Below are positions 19,301 through 25,502 of a DNA stretch of 25,502 bases, one piece after another. The stretch covers positions 62,001-87,502 of the forward strand of contig JAWLHB010000035.1 in the NCBI GenBank assembly GCA_041690595.1. The letters are read 5' to 3'. Numbering within the stretch: position 1 is the first letter of the stretch; each line of letters starts with the position of its first letter. The stretch is from Lentisphaeria bacterium (GTDB lineage: Bacteria > Verrucomicrobiota > Lentisphaeria > JABSQK01 > JAWLHB01). The notes beneath the pieces are model-generated. The model saw only the letters and a program-made list of their open reading frames with translations, did no database searches and was not told the origin of the DNA. Made by a program: the position numbers and the translations under genes.

Positions 19301-19507
19301 CCCCCCGTCTTCACCATTGGCGCCGCTCTTTGGCGGAGTTGGGAGATCACGGAGGCGGTCCGCGCGGCACAACGCGATGGTCGCACCCTCCATCTGCTGC
19401 TCCGCTTCGAGTATACGGGGCCGTATGTGGCGGGCGCCCGGAATACCTTTGCTGGCCTCGCCTGGCCCGATGCCGAACGGCGGCCCCATCTGCTTCTCAC
19501 CCGCTAA
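16313..19507 (+). CDS. Secreted FG-GAP/VCBS-repeat beta-propeller protein with discoidin-like insert and C-terminal DNRLRE-like domain, 1064 aa
   Basis: Signal-like N-terminus ([17 protein letters not shown]); about 9 DxDxDGxxDL-type repeats ([70 protein letters not shown] and degenerate copies) with YxNxGT..PxF blades; ATGA overlap with the pilin gene. Confidence 0.85.
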   Translation: MTSTADRLRNSASRHRLRLLILLICLAAGAQETAWPGEFHLPGVPLPGPGFAGDAGFMVMDWNSDGLPDLFIDDTGSVGRGTIYLNVGTRTEPRFDHGIPYPFNCTETVPQTVEHLIARSWCDLNHDGLPDLILYDGQLRYAPNTGAPQRPYHWQLWPERPHHFPASESMIRENARFATGPESMFWQKGIFARQVITFTAADWDGDGLEDLLICRFRDEAPGAESLGMHEQWTPWGRRALRPPAEPGVAEPDQRYLAPLTEAPARGLYFYRNSGTAGAPHFDAAVEILTPDGQSVAAPNPVVADLDGDGVPDLLATETAYTSNAFRVDWPTRPNAVWFRRPGASPGILEEPRDLVQADGTAIAAGTMLRVADLGGTGAGDLLVMDAIPKGGIRWYRREAGDTPAFAPPIELRGQDFPRFDFSVQPLVVDWFGPNSRDLLLHGITDHHCKWGLNRTALFRNTNPAPGAPRYRFEGYLTWRGDPSLVPVSEQERQYECYGSAIAVAPAAADGRRSILASIGGKHFWLSDLAEDGLTFQHLERLDIPNTSNRLRGWQEIAIEVDFPVRYLRLGNDRNGMGNLRDSMLHLLHLEIWSGDRNLATPELLKIEKTNTETVRWYQIQRPANFLDPQNANTDRELRATSWGYFIGPAIITLAEAARLDRVRFLLSERDSGWYEWLVPFSWQGKIFRMGCEIGEPWYQYVLEVSPDGENWTPVVNRMTTEMMYSHPRLLDWDGDGRVDLLLGVTSANGIYPSTKSYRLYRNDGTNERPRYRDHTVATLADGKELRMQAEWLATTANQGGIVPFDIDGDGALDLVVEAHAGGELRWFRQVGDFQFEPGGSLNADGKTIRYASRNRFFDIADVDGDGSLDLLSSSDGKLSWFKGGSVTPAGETTMPESQTMLLPQTAETLGESDQRVLTVRAQNTKGEDARYVRLSFPPLPKDATFERVELRLCADHRTQVDPNLLVPRLTDEIACLELPSAEADDPATGGRFLAFAPPVFTIGAALWRSWEITEAVRAAQRDGRTLHLLLRFEYTGPYVAGARNTFAGLAWPDAERRPHLLLTR

Positions 19508-19521
19508 CGGAGAGTTTATCC

Positions 19522-21669
19522 ATGAGCTGCGTCCGTCTCTGCCTGCTGCTCCTTCTCACGGCATTTGGCCTCAGCGCCGACGAACCGATTACCCGCCCCC
19601 GCTTCCTGGCCGAATTCGGTCCAGTAACCAACGCCACCGAGGCAGCGGCGACCTGCCGGCTCGCGCTGGAGCAGCTGACCCGCGATGGTGGGGGAATCCT
19701 GATCCTCCCGGTGGGAACGCCCCAAGGCTGGGAAGCGGAAAACATCAGCCAGGAGGCGTGGCGGGAGCCCGCGCCGCCGGCGCCCACAACGCGTTGGGGG
19801 GCCGGTGCAGGCGTCACCATCATCGACTATCGCCAAGGGCATCCCAAGGTGACAGTGCCTCAGCTCAGCGGCCTCCAGTTGGCCCGGATCTACTCCCTGC
19901 CGCCGGGGCAGAGTTCACCACACTGGGAGATGCACCCGCTACTCAATCTCAAGAACACCGTTCTGCGTGGCTCGACCAGCTATCGCGAGCCCCTTGTCGA
20001 TGCGGTGGAGCCCGGGGAGAACCAGCGCTTCTACGTGCGGACCCTGCGCGGACTCTTTCCGGGCATCTTCCTGAACACCGGCGATGCCGGGCGGATCAAT
20101 CGGCTCTATGTCAGGGAGCTTGGCTTCGATGCCGTGCGCGGTCTCCCCTACTTCACCGCCGATGTCACCATCCCCGTCAACGAGGGGAGCTATGTGCACA
20201 ACAAGACACATGTCAACGCCTTGCGCATCGAAACGAATGCCCACACCGAGGAACAAACCTTCGACGTGATGAACTGGCGGCGGCAATACTCGCAGGGCGA
20301 CAGCTACATGTACGACGCCCGCTTCATGTACATGAGTGACGTTCATTCCACGGGTGGCGATGAGAACGGCGTGCTCTACGCGGCCTTCGTCGTGGGCGAA
20401 AGCAACATTTTCCGCGGCAAGGTGCGAATCTATGATCCCGAGCGGCGCGAGCTGGTCTACGAGGCGGCGGCAAATGCTCACACGCTGGGCAGCGGCCGTC
20501 CGATCATCAATCTCAATCCCGCCAAAACCATCAGCGAGGGCAGCTGCTACATCCTCAGTCCCGGTGGCGCTCTGCTGGGCTGGGGCGGGCAGATCCGGTC
20601 GACCGATGCGCCATGGGGGCCGGAGTTGGTCGGGCGCTGGTTCGCCGTGGACGAGCCGACGGAGTATGTGCCCGGCGGCCGACAGGTGCGTCGCTGGTGG
20701 TACATCACTACCTTCGCCGAAAACGATGGCGTCAAATCCCTCTCCATCCAGCGCCACTGGTGGGGAGCCAAGGACAAGGGCTCCATCTCGCGGCTCTATC
20801 TGCCGGAGCACTTCAGCAGCGACGAGAAGGAACCGCGACTCCTGCGCTACATCATCGCGCCCGGCGCCAATCTCCTCGATGTTTCGCGCGGCGTGCGTCC
20901 CGGGCCAGAGCACAGCGGCGGTGCCGCCGAACGGCTCCTCGTCCTCAGCCCCGCTCCCCACGACGGAGGCGAGTTCGATTTCGCGCCCGGAGATCCCATC
21001 GAGCAGGCCATCGGTCCGGATCCCTTTCGCCCAATCCCCTTCCGCACCTGGCTCTTCGAGAACGTTCCGGGCGCCTTCCCCGCTCCAGTCTTCGACATCG
21101 CCAATATGGGCGCCATCGCCCGCGACACTGTCTTCTCCGTCCGCGGTGGGGCAGGCAGCCTGGTCGAATGCGAGACGCGCGCCGATCGTTCCCCTCCCTG
21201 GGGCGATATCCTGCGGATCGACAGCGCCGCCAGGCGCGGCCTGATCTTCAATGCCGACATACAGACCGCCATCCTCTTCACTCAGCCCAACGAGCGCACC
21301 CAGCCGATGCAGTGGCGGCACAGCGGCAATCAGCGGACCGAACTGACCGTCTCTCCGACCGATGGGGTCATGCGGATCAGCGGCTCGGGGCTCGAGGTCG
21401 CCGGTGGGATCCGCCAGGCAGGCGGCCTCAGCGGTGAGGCGACGCCAGCTCGCAATCTGCGCGGCAAGAACCTCCTGATACCGGCTGGCGCCGTGGAGTT
21501 CACCGTCACCTTTCCGCGTCCCGAAGCCGATGCCGACTATGCGCTCTTCCTGGAGCAAAGCTGGCTCGGCAACCGCGCCATCCGCGAACAGGCCGCCACT
21601 GGCTTCACGGTCATCTTCGACCAGCCCGCGCCCCCCAATGCCAGGCTCCACTGGATGCTCGTGCGCTGA
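19522..21669 (+). CDS. Secreted hypothetical protein, 715 aa, with pectate-lyase-3/tailspike-like N-terminal cap and tail-fibre/lectin-like C-terminal domain
   Basis: ATG at 19522 after GGAG; signal peptide MSCVRLCLLLLLTAFGLSA|DE; codon style matches neighbouring genes. Domain calls are by-eye resemblance only. Confidence 0.75.
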   Translation: MSCVRLCLLLLLTAFGLSADEPITRPRFLAEFGPVTNATEAAATCRLALEQLTRDGGGILILPVGTPQGWEAENISQEAWREPAPPAPTTRWGAGAGVTIIDYRQGHPKVTVPQLSGLQLARIYSLPPGQSSPHWEMHPLLNLKNTVLRGSTSYREPLVDAVEPGENQRFYVRTLRGLFPGIFLNTGDAGRINRLYVRELGFDAVRGLPYFTADVTIPVNEGSYVHNKTHVNALRIETNAHTEEQTFDVMNWRRQYSQGDSYMYDARFMYMSDVHSTGGDENGVLYAAFVVGESNIFRGKVRIYDPERRELVYEAAANAHTLGSGRPIINLNPAKTISEGSCYILSPGGALLGWGGQIRSTDAPWGPELVGRWFAVDEPTEYVPGGRQVRRWWYITTFAENDGVKSLSIQRHWWGAKDKGSISRLYLPEHFSSDEKEPRLLRYIIAPGANLLDVSRGVRPGPEHSGGAAERLLVLSPAPHDGGEFDFAPGDPIEQAIGPDPFRPIPFRTWLFENVPGAFPAPVFDIANMGAIARDTVFSVRGGAGSLVECETRADRSPPWGDILRIDSAARRGLIFNADIQTAILFTQPNERTQPMQWRHSGNQRTELTVSPTDGVMRISGSGLEVAGGIRQAGGLSGEATPARNLRGKNLLIPAGAVEFTVTFPRPEADADYALFLEQSWLGNRAIREQAATGFTVIFDQPAPPNARLHWMLVR

Positions 21670-21725
21670 ACGACGAGCGCCAGATTTTCGCATCGGGTAT
21701 CCTGAGCCTGAAGCGGGAGGGAACG

Positions 21726-21755
21726 TTGACCTGCACATGCGTCCCTGCCTATGTT
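21726..21755 (+). promoter_or_regulatory. Possible sigma70 promoter for the copper storage gene
   Basis: TTGACC (21726-21731)-N18-TATGTT (21750-21755); GGAGG RBS at about 21808-21812. Confidence 0.35.
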
Positions 21756-21818
21756 GGCTATTCAACGGTGACATCTCCGTCGCCGTTCATATAGACCCCA
21801 TCCACCCGGAGGTAGAAA

Positions 21819-22241
21819 GTGAAGTATCTTGAAACTATGATGCAGGAGCATCCCATGTCCGTCTCGGCTGAACTTCCAGCGTTGACAGCCTGCATCGAGG
21901 CCTGCTTCGACTGCGAGCAGAGCTGCAGTTCCTGTGCGGACGCCTGTCTGGCTGAAGAGATGGTCGAGGACCTGCGCACCTGTATCCGTACGGATCTGGA
22001 TTGCGCGGATATCTGTGGCACTACCGGCCGCATTCTCTCCCGGCAGACCAATCCCGACTGGAACGTGATGCGTGCGCAGGTTCAGGCCGCTGCCCTGACG
22101 GCGCAGAATTGCGCGGATGAATGTGAGAAGCACGCCAACATGCATGAACACTGCCGCATCTGCATGGAGGCATGTCGCCAGTGTGAGACGAGCTGCAACC
22201 GCCTGCTCGACGATCTGATGAGTCTGGCAACGGCTGCTTGA
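21819..22241 (+). CDS. Four-helix-bundle copper storage protein (Csp3/DUF326 type), cytoplasmic
   Basis: CIEACFDCEQSCSSCADACLAE...CIRTDLDCADIC...CADECEKHANMHEHCRICMEACRQCETSC: 16 Cys in CxxxC/CxxC spacing with HxxxHEHC. No signal peptide. GTG start after GGAGG. Confidence 0.93.
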   Translation: MKYLETMMQEHPMSVSAELPALTACIEACFDCEQSCSSCADACLAEEMVEDLRTCIRTDLDCADICGTTGRILSRQTNPDWNVMRAQVQAAALTAQNCADECEKHANMHEHCRICMEACRQCETSCNRLLDDLMSLATAA

Positions 22242-22262
22242 ACCGGAGCAAAGCATTAACCA

Positions 22263-22297
22263 GGCGGTGGACGGAGCCCCACGCCCCCTCCACCGCC
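22263..22297. terminator. GC-rich hairpin between convergent genes, possible terminator
   Basis: GGCGGTGGA (22263-22271) pairs with TCCACCGCC (22289-22297); no U-tract. Confidence 0.3.
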
Positions 22298-22402
22298 ATC
22301 CAGCCGTGCCCGTGGTCAGCTGCCCGCACCCAAGTTGAGGGAAATGTGACGGTCATGGCGCAGTCCGGAAATCCCATCAGGGCATTCCTGGGGGCGGGAG
22401 GT

Positions 22403-23995
22403 TCAGGCTGGGAGGGAGTAACGGGTGAGAACCTGGCGGAGATTGTCGCCGAGAATGAGGCGCTTTTGCGCTGGGGAAAGGCGGGCAAAGAGGATGGGGC
22501 CGAGTCCCCAGGCGATGGGGAGGTCCTGCAGATCGCTGCCGAACATGAAGCGGTCGGCGCCGATGGCATCGACTACGGCTTCGCATTCACCGGGAGCGAG
22601 GAGTGGACAGGAGCAGACGTAGAGGTTCTTGTGCCGTTGCATTACTTCCGCGTACGCCGTGGTGGTGTGGCCGGTAAAGAAGCAGGCCTGATGATAGGTG
22701 GAGATGAGGCGCTCCATCTGCTCGGGGCCGCCCCAGTAGTGATTGAGGATGAGCTGGCGATGCTCGTGTGCCCAGCGACAGGCCACATCGATGAGCGGCC
22801 CTTCCTCGGGATAGCCCTGATAGCTGGGGATGAGCTTGATGCCTCGGAGGCCGGCAGCCTGCGTGCGCTCCAATTCGCGGATCATCTCCCGCTCGCCGCG
22901 ATGGGGACTCAGCATGGTGAAGCCGACAAACTTGTCGGGATAGCGCTGTACAGCCTCGATTACCAGATCGTTGCCGGGCTGCTCATCGCTGAAGACGCCG
23001 GTAAAGCAGAAGACGCAGCCCTTCTCCACGCCCAGGCGATTCATGTCGGCGACGATTCCCTCGAGATCGCAGTTGGGCAGATGGTAGTGGCAGGACTTGC
23101 CGCCGATGTGGCCGTGGTTGTCGGCAAAGGTCATCTCCGCCGGACGCACGCCGCTCTGGCCGAAGGCGACGAAGGGGTCGGCGGGCTCGGGCAGCTCGAC
23201 GGCGGGATGCTCGGCTTCGCACCAGGCGATGAGACGGCGCATGGTGTCGCCGGCAATGAGGCGCTTGTCATCATCCGAAATATCGGCGGTGGTGAGGGTG
23301 GCGAGGGTGTGACCGCATCCCATCCTGGGCCAGTTGCTGCCGTAGACGAGGCGGCGGGCGCCCCAGTGCGAGGTAATGTACTCGATCCCTCGGTGCAGCC
23401 AGTAGCCGCTCAGTTCTACGTGCAGATTCTCGCAAGCATCGAAGGCGCGGTAGATCGTCCGGTTACCGCGGCGAATGCGGAATTCATTGACGATGATCGG
23501 CAGCTCGGGCCATCGCCTGCAGAGGGCGACGATGGCGCTCCAGTCGGCCTCATCGGTGCCGAAGCCGGCCCGCTGCACTTCGTTGAAGTTGAGGAAAATG
23601 GGGATGCGGACCTCGGCCAGTGGTTCGAGCAGCGAGTCGATGCACCAGTCATCGAGGGTGAAGCGATACTGGCGAGGGAAGAGGGCGAGGGCGCCGACCT
23701 TGTGTTGCCGCATCAGCGCGATCAGCTCGTCGGGCGGTGGCTGTTCATCGGCGGCGCCAGTCGGCAGCGCCGACCAGACGGGATGGAGGCGGGGGTGAGC
23801 ATCGGTGGTTGCCAGGATGCGGCAGTTACCTTCGGCCGGGTGATTTTCGCGGGCAAGGGAGTCGAAGACGAGGGCTTCACTGACCCCGAAATGATCCATG
23901 TCGGCCAGGAGGTGGTCCGCTGAATGCAGGCCGTCTTCCTGAAGTTTGAGATGGCGACCAAGCTGACAGAAGGCGTCGAGTATGTTGAAGCTCAT
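22403..23995 (-). CDS. Tandem two-domain amidohydrolase (Amidohydro_2-like TIM barrel x2)
   Basis: Two homologous halves: MDHFGVSEA...GN..IL / MNRLGVEKG...GND.VI; GARRLVYGSNWP / GADRFMFGSDL; DKRLIAGDTMRRL / QKRLILGDNLRQV. DxHxH is intact (DNHGH) only in the second half. Start at 23995 (ATG) or 24007 (GTG). Confidence 0.88.
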   Translation of the reverse strand: MSFNILDAFCQLGRHLKLQEDGLHSADHLLADMDHFGVSEALVFDSLARENHPAEGNCRILATTDAHPRLHPVWSALPTGAADEQPPPDELIALMRQHKVGALALFPRQYRFTLDDWCIDSLLEPLAEVRIPIFLNFNEVQRAGFGTDEADWSAIVALCRRWPELPIIVNEFRIRRGNRTIYRAFDACENLHVELSGYWLHRGIEYITSHWGARRLVYGSNWPRMGCGHTLATLTTADISDDDKRLIAGDTMRRLIAWCEAEHPAVELPEPADPFVAFGQSGVRPAEMTFADNHGHIGGKSCHYHLPNCDLEGIVADMNRLGVEKGCVFCFTGVFSDEQPGNDLVIEAVQRYPDKFVGFTMLSPHRGEREMIRELERTQAAGLRGIKLIPSYQGYPEEGPLIDVACRWAHEHRQLILNHYWGGPEQMERLISTYHQACFFTGHTTTAYAEVMQRHKNLYVCSCPLLAPGECEAVVDAIGADRFMFGSDLQDLPIAWGLGPILFARLSPAQKRLILGDNLRQVLTRYSLPA

Positions 23996-24021
23996 GCGAT
24001 TGCTCACTGCTGAACGGTTGA

Positions 24022-24054
24022 AGCGGAGACACGCGCCCGGCGTGTCTCCGCTAC
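24022..24054 (-). repeat. Perfect 13-bp stem hairpin beginning with GTAG; REP-like element
   Basis: AGCGGAGACACGC (24022-24034), loop GCCCG, GCGTGTCTCCGCT (24040-24052). The minus strand reads GTAGCGGAGACACGC... Confidence 0.6.
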
Positions 24055-24075
24055 TGTATCGCGAATCAGGAACGC

Positions 24076-25398
24076 TTACACCTCAACCTGCCGCAGCATT
24101 TCCAGATTGGCGGTCACTTTGCGGAAGGCGGCGCCAATCTGATCGATCGCTGGGCGCAAGTCGGCATACCAGGTGCCGCCGCCAAGACGCAAGTCGAGTT
24201 CAGCGCTGCGGCGTTCGGCTACGGGGCAGTCGCCCTTGCGGTAGACGATCTCGTTGCCGCGCGGATTCGCGGCCCAGGGATAGCCGTTGCCCAACCACCA
24301 GGTTTTCGTCTGGAAGACATGGCGCAGGTGGATCGGCGTGGCGACGTAGCTTGCGGCAAGCGGCACCCCTTCCGCGGCGAGTGCCTTGACGTACTGCGCA
24401 CGGCTGATGCCCGGCACCTGCTCCGGCACGAAGGTCCAGGGGACGATGTGCCAGGCTGGATCGCAGCCGGTGGGCAGCTGCTGGGGGCGGATGCCGGGGA
24501 TACCGGCCAGCACCTCGCGGAGAGCCGCGGCGTTCTGCCGGCGCCAGCCATTGAGTTCATCCAGACGCTCCATCTGCTTGAGAGCAATGGCGGCGGTGAA
24601 GGTGTTGATGCGGTAGGTGTAGATGAGGCTGTCCACCTGCTGCTTGAGTTCAGGAATCGCGATCTCCCGCCCGGTGCGTCCGGGATGCATGCCGGCCAGC
24701 AGGCACTTCTCGTAGAGTTCGCGGTCGTTGGTGACGAGCATGCCGCCATCGCCGGCGGCGATGTTCTTGCCGGAGCCGATGGAGAAGCAGCCGATGTGGC
24801 CGCGAGTGCCGACGTAGTGGCCGCCCTCACGCGACCCCTGCGCCTGGGCGCAATCTTCGATGACCGTCAGGTTGTGCTTGCGGGCGATGGCCATGATCCC
24901 CTCCATGTCCGCCGGAACGCCGTAGATATGAACGAGGACAATGGCTTTGGTGCGGGGCGTGATCAGCGGCTCGATGGTGGCGGGATCGAGCGTCAGGCGT
25001 TCGGGATCGATATCGCCGAATATCGGGATGCCGCCAGCCTGCAGAATGCAGCTCACCGTCTGGCCCCAGCTGTAGGGGGTGGTGATCACCTCATCGCCAA
25101 GCTGTACGCCTGCCGCCAGACAGGCAATGTGCAGGGCCGGACCGCCGCCGCAGGTGCCGACCCCATACTTCACGCCCAGCCATTGGGCAAAGCAGGCTTC
25201 CAGCCTCTCGGCGACCCCGCCGCCAACGGCCGAACACGCGTCGCGCCAGTCCTCGCGGCTGGCGATCATCGTCTGGCGTGCGGCCTCGATCTCTTCGTCG
25301 TTGAAGTTGGGCCAGGGGAGGCCAGTGGTCTCGGTGACACTCTTGGGGCCGCCAAAGACAGCCAGTTCGCTCATCTCGGTGCTGGTTTCGGTCGCCAT
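24076..25398 (-). CDS. DegT/DnrJ/EryC1/StrS-family PLP-dependent aminotransferase
   Basis: ELAVFGG, GDEVIT, PIFGDID, ITPRTKAIVLVHIYG, VIEDCAQAQG, FSIGSGKNIAAGDGGMLVTND (PLP lysine), CPVAE. Start at 25398 or 25374. Confidence 0.93.
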   Translation of the reverse strand: MATETSTEMSELAVFGGPKSVTETTGLPWPNFNDEEIEAARQTMIASREDWRDACSAVGGGVAERLEACFAQWLGVKYGVGTCGGGPALHIACLAAGVQLGDEVITTPYSWGQTVSCILQAGGIPIFGDIDPERLTLDPATIEPLITPRTKAIVLVHIYGVPADMEGIMAIARKHNLTVIEDCAQAQGSREGGHYVGTRGHIGCFSIGSGKNIAAGDGGMLVTNDRELYEKCLLAGMHPGRTGREIAIPELKQQVDSLIYTYRINTFTAAIALKQMERLDELNGWRRQNAAALREVLAGIPGIRPQQLPTGCDPAWHIVPWTFVPEQVPGISRAQYVKALAAEGVPLAASYVATPIHLRHVFQTKTWWLGNGYPWAANPRGNEIVYRKGDCPVAERRSAELDLRLGGGTWYADLRPAIDQIGAAFRKVTANLEMLRQVEV

Positions 25399-25452
25399 GA
25401 TGGCAGCGCTGACGAATCAGGATTCTTCGCGCCCTGATTGAGGCGAAGTTGT

Positions 25453-25482
25453 CCATTGCAAAGAATTATTTCTTCGCAATGG
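25453..25482. promoter_or_regulatory. 30-bp near-perfect palindrome upstream of the aminotransferase, candidate operator
   Basis: CCATTGCAAAGAATTATTTCTTCGCAATGG: 13 of 15 pairs complementary, in an AT-rich intergenic patch. Confidence 0.6.
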
Positions 25483-25502
25483 CCAGTTTTGGTTGCAAAT
25501 CT

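Noticed and set aside
19522..21669. Prophage remnant
   Set aside because: The gene has a Sec-type signal peptide, host-like codon style and operon coupling, with no other phage genes, integrase or att-like repeats.
19939..25437. Antisense ORFs 19939-21774, 22238-23923 and 24319-25437
   Set aside because: They are shadows of the secreted protein, amidohydrolase and aminotransferase. The opposite strands carry the signal peptide or the catalytic motifs.

Overview
A GC-rich bacterial chromosomal window, most likely from a PVC-superphylum organism. The Lentisphaerae-style prepilin-like genes, GntR-LacI fusion regulators and sulfatase support this, but the taxon is an inference. From left to right it holds: (1) a lower-GC ABC-type ATPase plus a truncated DUF4276/TOPRIM-like gene, a candidate defence pair; (2) an MFS transporter and the housekeeping gatCAB operon; (3) a MmgE/PrpD-family gene coupled to a divergent argininosuccinate-lyase-like C-N lyase, opposite a degenerate ROK regulator; (4) a cytoplasmic sulfatase divergent from two tandem [GntR-LacI regulator + prepilin-like H-X9-DG/DUF1559-type gene] modules, followed by a large secreted FG-GAP beta-propeller protein and a secreted protein with tailspike/tail-fibre-like ends; (5) a four-helix copper storage protein; (6) a DegT-type aminotransferase and a tandem double amidohydrolase separated by a GTAG REP-like hairpin. 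The best candidates for undescribed systems are the pilin-centred substrate-utilisation locus (10.6-21.7 kb) and the PrpD + C-N lyase + ROK unit for succinylated or aminopolycarboxylate compounds. No rRNA, tRNA, CRISPR array or transposase was seen. Family calls come from motif recognition by eye with no database searches, and coordinates were counted by hand.
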